Part shown: piece by piece, positions 15,880 through 27,036 of the stretch
Numbering within the stretch: the first letter of the stretch is position 1
Layout: the number at the start of each line of letters is the position of its first letter
Translations under genes and position numbers: made by a program
Assembly: GCF_006345805.1 (NCBI RefSeq)
Contig: NC_043018.1
Span: 5,208,001-5,272,000 of the forward strand
Origin: Octopus sinensis
Taxonomy: Eukaryota
Length of the DNA stretch: 64,000 nt
Direction of reading: 5' to 3'
The notes under the pieces: generated by a model
What the model saw: the letters and a program-made list of their open reading frames with translations, nothing else
Told to the model about the DNA's origin: nothing
Databases searched by the model: none

Positions 15880-16075
15880 ATTAGAAAATAACCACCTTAT
15901 TATGGCTGACTCACTACGGCTGTTTCAGGCGAGTTCTTTTTATCGATGAATAGAAGTTTTACATCATGCAAATAAAACCGTTTCCATCAGGTGAATACAG
16001 GCAAGAATTAAACATTATGAACATCTCAATAATTGATTAATTATTCCATGCATTCCCCCGATTAAAAATTTTCTA
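15880..16075 (-). mobile_element. Second, truncated copy of the 14305 hammerhead foldback family
   Basis: TCACTACGGCTGTTTCAG...TTACATCATGCAAATAAAACC...CATCAGGTGAATACAGG.AAGAATTAAACATT matches 14310-14412. The hammerhead at 15911-15994 is mutated. Confidence 0.75.
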
Positions 16076-16246
16076 TAAGATGTAATTTTTAAAAATGGTA
16101 TAATTTGATTTTTTCATCGATAAAAGGTGTTTTTTTTCCAAATTTCATATATATATATAATATTTTGTGAAATTTGATTTAGTATTTCTAAATTGAATTT
16201 TTCCCTGTAAGTTTGGAATATTATTCCCTCATATTATTATTATTGC

Positions 16247-16307
<61 letters not shown>

Positions 16308-16310
<3 letters not shown>

Positions 16311-16760
16311 TAGTTTTATTTTTATAGCGTGCTTTCACTTCACTACCGAGCGCAGCTCTGTGTGCCTTGGGTATGTGCTGCGATTTGTTGTGATGCTCTG
16401 ATGGTTATTGTATGGAAAGTGTTCTGCGTAGGATGTGTGCAGTGCCTAGTAGTGCAATTTTCTGTATGTTATATGTGTTTGTAAGTCCTGGTGTTTTTGT
16501 TATGTATTGGTCTGAATATTTTTTTATCATGCCTAATGCACCTACTATGATAGGAATTGTTTCTGTTTTCAGATTCCACATTCTAGATACATCTATTTCC
16601 AGGTCTTTGTATTTTGAGAGTTTCTCCATTTCTTTTAGAGACACGTTGTCATCTGCCGGTATTGATACATCAATTAGAAAGCATTTTTTTCCTTCATGAT
16701 CTCTGACAACTATATCTGGTCTGTTGGCCTTAATTTCTCTATCTGTGTGTGTGTGTGTGT

Positions 16761-16762
<2 letters not shown>
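16308..16762 (-). mobile_element. 5'-truncated R4/Dong-like non-LTR retrotransposon (REL endonuclease C-terminus plus 3' UTR) in (TAA)n
   Basis: HTDREIKANRPDIVV...CFLIDVSIP...KEMEKLSKYKDL...IPIIVGALG...IQKIALLGTAHILRRTL* is a PD-(D/E)xK REL domain. A 3' UTR of about 100 bp runs into (TAA)n, and (TAA)n also lies on the 5' side. Confidence 0.85.
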
Positions 16763-16811
<49 letters not shown>

Positions 16812-17122
16812 TAGACACACAGAGACACGCACACTTATGGAGTATGCATGTGCGTGTGTATGTAAATGAATATATGAAAAGATGATGTCAAGTACATGCC
16901 TTGGATATCTTTTACCATAACAGCTTCCTGACGTCAGATGGATGTACGCCATTTTAATGCTGCCGATAACTTCGCTAAAATCATTAGTTTTACTTAATTA
17001 GTCGTGCAAAACTAGTCTCATCTTTCACAACTTAGTATTGATTAATTCGTTCACATATGGCTTATGTCTTGACAAGAAAATGTAAACGAAATAAACGCAT
17101 AAAATGATAATAATAATAATAA

Positions 17123-17169
<47 letters not shown>

Positions 17170-17180
17170 ATAGTAATAGC

Positions 17181-17211
<31 letters not shown>

Positions 17212-17344
17212 ACAGTAGTAATATTAATAATTGTAGAAATAATAACACTGATAATCTTATTTTCATTACTACTACTACTACTACTACTCTACTACTACTA
17301 CTACTACTATTGTTATTATTATTACTATTGTTATTATTATTATT

Positions 17345-17672
17345 AAGGCGGTGAGCTGGCAGAACAGTTCGATCGTCGGACAATATGCCTGGCGTCATTC
17401 CGTCCGTCTTCACGTTCATAGTTCAAATTCCACGGTGGTCGACTTTGACTTTCTACCTTTCTGAGTCGAAGAATTAAGTACCTTTCAATCACGGTGGAGG
17501 GGTGGGGTGGTGGTGATTGGGGGCGATGTAAACGATTATCCCCTTCCCCCAAAATATCGGCTTTTCTGCCTACAGAAGAAAGAAATAAGTACCAATTGAA
17601 TATTAGGGTCAATGTAATCGACTTACCGCCCACACCTCATAATTTCAGGCCTTGTACCTATAGTAGAAAGGT
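17345..17672 (+). mobile_element. SINE family B
   Basis: AAGGCGGTGAGCTGGCAGAA...GTTCAAATTCC...GGTCGACTTTGACTTT...AATTTCAGGCCTTGTACCTATAGTAGAAAG. Confidence 0.75.
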
Positions 17673-17679
17673 TTTATAT

Positions 17680-18440
17680 TATTCTTCGACATTGGATAGT
17701 TTCAGGCATATATCTGAGGCATTACCTGCCACACCACCATGTTGCTCAGGTGTGTGCAGCGTTGTGTGTTCTCTTTCAGGGTGAGTGTAAACTTTTTCCG
17801 GTATTGTATTGCATCCGTTTGTTTTGCTATCATATTGGTTTGGCTCAGGTTCGATCTTATACTTAGTAGGATCTATGTCGGTAGTGGGTTACTGCCTGCA
17901 ATCTTAGGTATCCACACGTTTTCAGCATTCTTTCAAGAGCTTAGAACCCTCCTGATAATCCTTGCTGTCCGTAAGAGACAAACTTTCTGTAGAAGCTCTA
18001 CCGGACATTCTATTCCAATCTTTTTCAGCCATTTCTCTATATCTTTGCTTACTGTCCCCCAACGCACCAAATATCATAGGCACGACCCTTACTGTTCAGA
18101 TGCTCCAAATTCTTCCTATTTCAAATCTTAAAGGATTGTGCTGTTTTCTCCCTCTTTCTTTACAATCCTGGAATCAAACGGGCATGTCGGGTCGATAGGT
18201 AAGCAACTTCGCTTTTCCTTATCTATAATCGTTATAACCGGTTTATTATTTTCAATTTCTTGTACGTTTCAAGGAAAATCTCACAATATCTTCCATTTCT
18301 CCGACTCCAGTATATTTTCCACTCGATGATTATACCATGTGTTTCCAGTTTCAAATCCCCGTTTCTGGCAGAGTTTCCAGTGTAAATCTTTTACAACCTG
18401 GTCGCGCTTCCATTTCTTATATTTTTCCTGAGCCAACGTA
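17680..18440 (-). pseudogene. Decayed R4/Dong-like LINE 3' fragment (REL domain; coding remnant about 17933-18440, then 3' UTR)
   Basis: Minus-strand translation gives KRDQVVKDLHWKLCQKRGFETGNTWYNH..ENILESEKWKIL and, after frameshifts, VVPMIFGALG..VSKDIEKWLKKIGI..ELLQKVCLLRTARIIRRVLSS*. Confidence 0.75.
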
Positions 18441-18477
18441 GTATAAACATATGCCAAACAAGGTACAAGACAGCGAC

Positions 18478-18765
18478 CAGGCCACAATCATCTGGAATAA
18501 ACCTGTTCAAACTAACAAAGACGTAAAGCTAATCGCCCAGACATCATAAAGTGTTTTTAAAAAAAACAAAGCGAAAAACAAAAACAGCAACTTACTGATA
18601 GACATTGCAGTCCCTTCTGACAAGAACATTTTCCCCGAAAGAAGTGGAGAAATTGTCAAAGTACAAAGACTTTGAAATTAAAGTATTCAAGATGTGGGGC
18701 ATGAAGGTGAAAACAATACCAGTAATACTTGGAGCATTGGATATGATAGAAAAAATTATTTAGGT
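18478..18765 (+). pseudogene. Decayed REL-endonuclease LINE fragment in the opposite orientation
   Basis: With frameshifts: QATIIWNKPVQTNKD/KANRPDII/LLIDIAVPSDKNI/KEVEKLSKYKDFEIKVFKMWGMKVKTIPVILGAL; homologous to the 16405-16745 peptide. Confidence 0.75.
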
Positions 18766-19424
18766 CAACGATGTGTTAGTTATTATTCGTGAACCTAATT
18801 CTTGCAGACGCACGCTCCAACACACACATGCTTACACACAAACACACACACACGCACACACATATACACACACATACACACACGCGAGACTACAGACCCA
18901 TATACACACACGCAACACTACAGACACAAACACACACACATATACACGCACTTACACACACACATATACACGCACTTACACACACACAACACTCTACAGA
19001 CACAATCACACACACAAGAACACACATATATACACACATACACACACACTCACAACATTCTACAGTCACAAGCACACACACACACATGTACTCGTATAAT
19101 TATATAAACAAAAAGATATATGGATGTATGTGCGGATTCACTTATACACACGCTTGTGTTGTAGAAAAGATAAAGCCAATAACCGGAGTACTGCACAGTA
19201 GAACATATATATGTGTGTGTGTGTGTGTATACACACACGCACACACACACATACACACACACACATACACACACACATACACACACACACATATATATAT
19301 ATGTATAATTCAATAACTGTTTGGTTTGACTCCATGCAATTTAAAGTTTCGTGCTCTCGTAAAACGAACGTAGTTTTTCGTTTCCCGAAGTGTGAAGAGC
19401 TAGGTCCGTTAAACGAATCAAAAT

Positions 19425-19690
19425 GATAGATTACTAGTATGTAAGCATACCAAAATTGATTGTCAAGCAATGGAGGGGGGACAAACAGACACATAAACAT
19501 ACACACACACACATGTATGTATACAACGGATTTCTTTCCGTTTCCGTCTACTGAATCCACTTACATGACTTTGGTTGGCCCGAGGCTATAGTAGAAGACA
19601 TTTTCCCCCAAGGTTCCACGCTGTGGAACTGAACCCGGAACCATGTGGTTGGGAAACAAGTTTTTTACCACACAACCACACCTGTGCCTA
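19425..19690 (-). mobile_element. SINE family A, 5' part and middle
   Basis: Reverse complement reads GTGGTTGTGTGGTAAAAACTTGTTTCCCAACCACATGGTTCCGGGTTCAGTTCCAC...GTAGACGGAAACGGAAAGAA. Confidence 0.75.
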
Positions 19691-19871
19691 TATGTGTATG
19701 TTTGTGTTTGCGTACGTGCATGTGTGTGTATGTGTTTGTGTGTGTATATGGGTGTGTGTGTGTGTGTGTACGCACACTCATTAAAATGATTAAAATGATT
19801 AAATCAGTGGCCAGCGTATCATAGCCACCATATCGGTAAACTTAATATTTAAGTATATAATTATAAAAGTA

Positions 19872-21453
19872 CTAGCATTATGACCCGTCGTTGCTGGGTC
19901 ATAGTGCTAGTGCATGTATATATGTGTACATATTACATGTACATCTATATATATACATCTACACATAAAATACAAAATACAAAACTATATCTTGATATCG
20001 CTAGTGATAACAATACTTAAAATGTATAACAGACTGGAATTGTAGGCCGTCTCTTGCAATTTCGATCAATTGTATCTTGTCCTCCCTCTTGTATAGAAGT
20101 GTGGCTACTATACAACCTACCTCTACTTCTGGGGGGACATTTTAAATTTTTATCCGGGACGTCCTACGTCCCAGATATAAAGTAAAAATAAAATATTTCC
20201 ACTTTGCAAGGTTCGAGTCGAGTACTCCCTTGCACGCTCCGTTGACTCGAACCTTGCTTCTATTGCGGCGAATTTACCGCCTCTGGTTAGCACTTGATAT
20301 CTTTCATAGTCGCACCAAGACACTTATCGATGGTGCTTTCTTCCAGATGTTCAAATCTTTTTTTTCTGAACATTGTATATTTTATAGACAATAGTCTTTT
20401 CTTTAATTTAATTTTTTATTTCGTTTGGTGGTGTTATCCTAGATTCACCGTCTTTGTGGGTGATCAATACGAAATAGGTTTGTATTTCTTTCATTTTAAT
20501 TTTAATGAGTTCTCGTCCGCCGACGGCTGCAGCGAAATTCATTTCTGGACTTTCTTCTATCAAAGGCATTCTAACAAAAATGCTTCCGTATAAACGGGGA
20601 AAATATTGTCAATTTCCCCAAACAGGGACACAATTCAATTTTTAAACACTAACCAAAGGAGGAGGGTTACAGTTTACAATTATTTAACAAATGCAACACA
20701 ACGTTTCCCTTACGAGGAAACAACAAATGTGATAACAATAGTTAAACAGTAATGATAATAACAACAAACCTTACGGTGAATGAAAAAGCAGTACGCAGTT
20801 GAAGCTATAGTCCTTTATGTATAATAAATAAACCAACAGCAGTACTCAGTAGAAGCGGCTATTCGAGAAAACAGACATTACATACAGCCAAACTTCATAT
20901 AGATACTTAATGCTAGCTAATTAGTAGATAATCTGATGTAAAAGCCGTGGTAAATGGTATGTGCACAGCTCCATCTAGACTATTCCATTTCTACACACCA
21001 ATTTTATTTTAAATTTATTCCCCTTCACGTGAAACCACTTATTCAAGTTCAAGTCATTGATGCAATTTTATACCAATTAGTATTTTTACTTTTGTTATGT
21101 TACGATTATATTATACTTTAGTTTGATTTTAATTATTACTTACTACATATAATTCAATTGTTATTATTATTTTTATTGTTAAAGTGAAAGTATCTGACAT
21201 GAAATAGAGAAATGTTTTTGTTTTACTTTTAACACGTAATACTGAAGTAGTGGAGAAGATATGATATTGATATGGGCTCGCCCTAGGCAATAAGTTAAAC
21301 ATTTTTCCCCATGAAACCACATGGACCCTAAGTAAGGCATGTGTAAAATTTGAATGAAATTGGTTGTGTAGTTTTCAAGTTTTAGGGAAACACACAGACA
21401 GACAGACAGACAGACAGACACACACACACATTCTCAGTTTTATATATGAGAGA
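19872..21453 (-). mobile_element. Non-autonomous Helitron
   Basis: Minus strand begins A|TC.. followed by a (TGTC)n microsatellite and ends with the hairpin GACCCAGCAACGACGGGTC then ATAATG-CTAG|T. These are canonical TC...CTRR termini at an AT site. Confidence 0.75.
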
Positions 21454-21466
21454 TAATTATGATTAA

Positions 21467-21856
21467 GGCCCCTGGCGGGACAAAGCCAATACGATAGAAG
21501 TAGATGTCAAATGTTTACAAACCACTCTATGTTCTCCTTTTGGTACAAGGCTCAATGCGGGGAAATGGACAAGAAGACTTATAAAATTTCGGACAACCCT
21601 ATATCTTAAGATTTCGTGTTTTGTAATAAAAATGACTTTACACTCATCAGCCGAATATACCGACCACATACAAGTGAAAAATATATGTACATACCGATAA
21701 ATACTTGTGTACAAATACCAACATATACATCCATTTTCCACGTATGTATTAGTGTGTCTAATCACCCATATTGTACCAAAAGGAGAACATATTTAGAGTG
21801 GTTTGTAGATATTTGACATCTACTTCTAACGTATTAGCGTTCTCTCTCCACTGCCC
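21467..21856. mobile_element. Kolobok-like MITE
   Basis: TTAA on both sides (21463-66 and 21857-60), GG...CC ends, and imperfect TIRs of about 80 bp (AATACG.TAGAAGTAGATGTCAAAT..TACAAACCACTCTA..ATGTTCTCCTTTTGGTACAA). Confidence 0.7.
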
Positions 21857-21897
21857 TTAATTGTACTTATATATTTATAATTATATACTTAAATATG

Positions 21898-21945
<48 letters not shown>

Positions 21946-22027
21946 CAAAGTGGAGTTGTAAGGTACCGCACGAGTTGAATTATATATGAAAGAAGGTTTG
22001 AAAATACAATTTTAAACGATGTTTATT

Positions 22028-22070
22028 TACTTTACCGGTTTCACTTTTTAGAAAAAGATTGTCAAATGTA
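22028..22070 (-). ncRNA. Decayed hammerhead motif in the putative pLTR
   Basis: Minus strand reads TACAT-TTGACAA-TCTTTTTCTAAAAAGT-GAAAC-CG-GTA-AAGTA; the core differs from CTGACGA at two positions. Confidence 0.5.
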
Positions 22071-23823
22071 GCATGTAAAAGCTTGGTTATGTTAGTAACT
22101 CGTTGTCACAAAATACTACAATACATATATACATTCTTTGATAACAAGAACATGTTAAGAACAGTTTACAAGGGAAAATCTTGTGAAAATATAAAAAATT
22201 TGAACAAGTTCATTAAAATATTGGGCACAAAAGATTACAACATATATAAACATTCTCAAGAAAATGTTAGAGATAGTTTCCAGAAGGAATTATTAAAAAA
22301 GTTCAGTGGAATATTAGTATTGTATCTTTGTATAATCACACAGAATATTATAAGTTCAAAAAAGTTTACAGCTTAAACTGACTTGGTTCACCATGTTATC
22401 GTAAACGACTATTTTATATTTCAAGGGACAGTGTAGATCTGTTTGGGTGGGGGTAAGGAAGAGTAATGTGGAACTGAAAAGAAGTGTTTTTGTCTCTCCT
22501 TCAAGCATCAGTGATTTGGGGGATTGGTCTTTAGAGGTCAGAATGGTGCGAGTGTGTGTATCTTTGTGTGTATATACATATACATGTGTTTGTGTTTGTG
22601 TGTGTGGGCCGTTTTTGATTAGTCCCAGGGTTTATTGAGCTGTAAATAGATGTGTCTGTGTGTGTTTGTAAAATTTGGTTGGATGGTGTGTGTATATGTG
22701 TGCCCGTTTGTTATCCGTGTGTGTGATTGTTTTGTTGTTGTGTATGTGTGTGTATGTGTGTGCGTGATCGGTATTTGTCATGGTGCTGTGTGTGCGCATG
22801 TGTGTTTATATGTGCGTCTGTATGGAGGTCAGAATGGTGTGAGTGTGTGTGTCTTTGTATATATATATATATATACTGGTGTTTGTGTGCGTGGGCCGTT
22901 TTTGATTGGTCCCAGGGTCCATTGTGGTGAAAATTGATGTGTCTGTGTGTGTTTTTAAAATTTGGTATGATGGTGTGTGTATATGTGTGCCCGTTTGTGT
23001 GTATGTGTGTGGTTAATGTTTGTTAGTGTGTTGCGTGTGCGCTAGTGTGTGTATATGTGTTTGTTCGTATGTGCGTCCGTGTGTGCCTGGGTTTATCTGG
23101 GTGGCGTGTGTTTGTGTGTGTGTATATGTATGGGTATGGTTTATGTAGTTCTGTAGTTTCTGAGTGTGTGTGTTGCATTTGTGAGTGATTTGTTTTGTTT
23201 GTATCGTTAGTGCAATGTGTGTGTATGCGTGAGGAGTGTTTGTGTGGGTGTGTTTATGTGTCTTGTATTTGTCGGGGAGGTGTGTGTCATTGTGTGTGTG
23301 CATGCTTGTGTGTATGCATGTATGTGTGTGTATGTATGTGTGTATGCATGCTTGTGTGTATGCATGTATGTGCGTGTATGTGTGTTTTTTCCTTTTGAAT
23401 GTGAGTGTGTGTGTGTGATATTATTACTGGGGTGCGGGCGTATTGTGTGTGTGTGTAAGTAAATGCTTGTGTGTTTGTGTGGGTTGTTTTGTAGTTGCAT
23501 GTTTGTGTATCTGTGTGTGTGGTTGTGTTTGTGTGGATGTGATTTGTAATTTCGGGATGGTGTGTGTAGGTGTGTGCATGTCCGTGTTCACATGTGTATA
23601 TATGTGTGAAAGTGTTGGTTATGGATGCTAAAATCTTATTGCAAGTGTATATGTGTATGTGTTTTTTTTCTTGGGATGTGTGAGGGTTTGTGTTCTAGTG
23701 TGAGGATATTCTGCTTGTGCAAGTGTATTTGCGTCGGGGGTTGGCATTGTTTGTGTGTGTGATTTTGTATATCTGTATGTGTTTCTGTGTGTGTTTGTTT
23801 TGGATGTGTGCCTGGGGGATATG

Positions 23824-25067
23824 TTAGAGTATGTTTAGTTGTGGTCTGTATTTTTGAATAAGATTATTTTCCCTATTTATTCATGTTTGGTCTGTGGTGT
23901 TATCCGGGCATTGGTATAGTGGGAAGACTAAGAATTTTGGGGACTTATTGTGTGCACAGCGGTCTAAGTGTCCACTAAGTGGTATCTGTCTTTTGGTGGG
24001 GTCCCTCAGTTGTTGGCGGTGAACTGTCATCCTTTCTCTGAGGGTAAGGCTCGTTTGGCCTATGTAGTCTTCGTGGCACCCTTCACACCTTATGACATAG
24101 AGTAAACTTTTTGATACGCAGGTGAAATTTTTTTTTATGACAAAGGTGTGTCGCGACTGGAATTTGTACGCTGATCTTTCAATGAGATGGATGCAAGTCC
24201 TGCAGTTGGAAAGACCACATTTTCTGACGGTGGGCGGTGGGTTTGTGTTGTGCAATTTTGCATTGGTGAGTAGGTTTTTTAGGGATTTGGGTTGTCTTTT
24301 ACTTTTTATTATTTTATGGGCTGCGAGTAATTTTTTTAGACGTGGGTCTTGATTTAGCTGTGGAATGTTGTTGTATATAATTGTGTAAGCTTCTGCATTT
24401 CTTGGATTGTGTGTTGAGAGATAGGGGAGGCTATTTACTGTACTGTGGATGTGTTTTGGTTTTCGTAAGTCTTGGGTGTTAATTGATTTGGCCCGTTCTA
24501 CTCCGTTGTCCACTAGTGATGCTGGGTAATGTCTTTCGAGAAGAATTGCCCTTAGTTCCCGGAGTCTTTTATTTCGTGTTGTGTCATTTGAGAAAGTTGT
24601 GCAGATTCTTCTCGCTAGGTTGAAGGGGATATTTGTCTTTGTGTGCTTTGGGTGATTGGAGGTAAATAGAAGGTATTGTTTAGAATCAGTTGGTTTGTAA
24701 TGGATGTCAGTTTCAATGTTGATGCCTCTTTTAATGATTAGAATGTCAAGAAAAGGGAGTTGGTCCTGACTATATTCCATTGTGAATTGGATGTTGTTGT
24801 TTACACTGTTGATAAGGTTCTTGAAGTCAATAAGTTGGTCGAGTGTGTGGGACCATAGGATGAGGCAATCATCTAAGTAGCGTTTCCAATTCTCCAACAA
24901 GTATTTGTGGAAAGACTGGCCGTACTTATATTTGGATTTTTCATAAATATGTGATTCCGGGTAGGCCATCACCAGGTTTGCTTAGATAGGGGCAACTTTC
25001 GTACCCATTGCAGTTCCTGAAACCTGTTTGTAAGTGTTATTATTAAAATTCATAAAGTTGTTTTGCA
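23824..25067 (-). pseudogene. Penelope-like reverse transcriptase (C-terminal half) plus GIY-YIG endonuclease, with two premature stops
   Basis: YKQVSGTAMGTKVAPI*ANLVM, WKRYLDD, LPFLDI, HYKPTDSKQYL..SNHPKHTK, Cys linker CGLSNCRTC, FTCVSKSLLYVIRCEGCHEDYIGQT..LRERMTVH; the frame continues past the TGA at 23881 as INRENNLIQKYRPQLNIL*. Confidence 0.92.
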
Positions 25068-25333
25068 GCTCTATATAAGGATAAGATCGTTATTTTACTG
25101 ATCCTATCAGGTACCCAGCATGGGAATAAACACCTTCGAAAGTAATAAATATTATTAAAATTATATTTTAGGGTATCTAAGAGATACCACCACGCTGGTA
25201 ATAGCAGCCAAATAATGACACTAAAACCACATTAAATGTTCATACAGCACCAGGAGAGAAGGCAAAGAGACAAAATAAACTAGCAAAAAATGACTGAATA
25301 ATTCCAGATCCCGGCTTTCTGGCTCTGCATAAG

Positions 25334-25376
<43 letters not shown>

Positions 25377-26007
25377 AACACATGTGTGTGTGTATTTTTG
25401 TGTTTCTAAATATTTATACATTGATACTTATATAAAAGAATTTTGGACACGATGACCGCGCACACACACACATACACACACACACTATGTCTAATAATAT
25501 ATACGTATATATAGCCTTAGATGCATAGAGATGCATATGTACAGGCAGACATTCTCTCACATACTGCACACCACACTTATACACACTCAAAAACAAGCGT
25601 TTGTGTCCAATACTACGCCAAGGCAGAAATTCAAGAAATATTATATGGTTGCATAGTGATAGAAAATGCACAGTGCGATTTTAGTGGAAATCATAAGAAA
25701 ACTATATTATCGCAAACTGATTCCTATGAACATCCGGGCTCTTGAACACATTGCGTGTTTCCTTTGTTATTAAAACGTTGGCTATTTAGTTTGTTGGTCG
25801 TTAATATTCAATGTTTTACACGTATGAGGCGAATTGTTCCGTGTTGGTTTCAAGTGTAGACATCTCAGAACTGACAAAACGTCATTTGTAGACACAGCAT
25901 CTTATTGTTGATGTTGTTGCTGTTGTTGATGTTGATGTTGATGTTAGTAATGGATAAGCGAAGACATTGCAGGTTGTGTGAGTGTTATCGTGAGTGTGTG
26001 TGTGAGT

Positions 26008-26040
<33 letters not shown>

Positions 26041-26043
<3 letters not shown>

Positions 26044-26440
26044 GCATGCATATACGCTTACATATATATGCGTCTGTGTGTATGGAGAGAGAGAGAGGTA
26101 GGGGAGAGTGCGAAAGAGAGAGACATACATACATATGTATATATATATTTTACATACACTATGTTGTATATATATGTGTGTGTGCGTGTGTATGCATACA
26201 TCAATGTATATATATATATTATATATATATATATAATATATACATGCATGCATATACGCTTACATATATATGCGTCTGTGTGTATGGAGAGAGAGAGAGG
26301 TAGGGGAGAGTGCGAAAGAGAGAGACATACATACATATGTATATATATATTTTACATACACTATGTTGTATATATATGTGTGTGTGCGTGTGTATGCATA
26401 CATCAATGTATATATATATATTTATATATATATATATATA
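26041..26440. repeat. Tandem duplication, period 202 bp, bounded by (TA)n
   Basis: CATGCATGCATATACGCTTAC...GGTAGGGGAGAGTGCGAAAG... starts at 26041 and at 26243. Confidence 0.9.
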
Positions 26441-26460
26441 TATATACATATATATACTCT

Positions 26461-27036
26461 CAAAAATATAAGGAATGACCATAATAGGACATTCGACTCA
26501 CTAGAAAGAGCAGCCAAACTCAAACCGCTAATAGTTGTAATTCTGAAATTGAAAGAGAAATAAAAACGTTTACCTCTTTCATCTCTGGACTATGCATAGT
26601 TTCGGCAAAACTTTAGTAAACGAATTAATTAAATTAAATTAAATTTATTTACTACTGGCGTGCCTCGTCAGCAGTGAAGCCAAGGACGAGTATATATCCA
26701 CGAGGCGATGGTAAGGAAGCCTCCAGTCTATATGCTATAAATTTTCAAAATCTACCGCAATCGTGCGGTTTTCTCAGCAGCAGATATAAACTGCTGATTT
26801 AATTTCAAAATTAGCCAAAAAATCATTAATTAATAAATATAAGGGTAACAAAAAATTCTAGAAAAAATTCTCCGCTACCAGCGGTCCAACGAGAAAGAAA
26901 AGATAGTCAAAAACTATATAATATACATTCAAAAATATAAGGAATGGCCATATAGGACATTCGACTCACTAGAAAGAGCAGCCAAACTCAAACCGCTAAT
27001 AGTTGTAATTCTGAAATTGAAAGAGAAATAAAAACG

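Larger units (their letters stand above)
21945..25067 (-). mobile_element. 5'-truncated Penelope-like element (Neptune-type) with a long CA-rich 3' region ending at (TA)n
   Basis: RT/GIY-YIG ORF at one end and a decayed hammerhead (22028-22070) near the other, abutting (TA)n. Continuity across the low-complexity middle is inferred. Confidence 0.6.

Noticed and set aside
23881-23883. In-frame TGA in the PLE ORF as possible selenocysteine or readthrough
   Set aside because: It falls where an Arg is expected before the RE..I motif, consistent with a point mutation such as CGA to TGA; the copy also has a TAA in the RT and is truncated.
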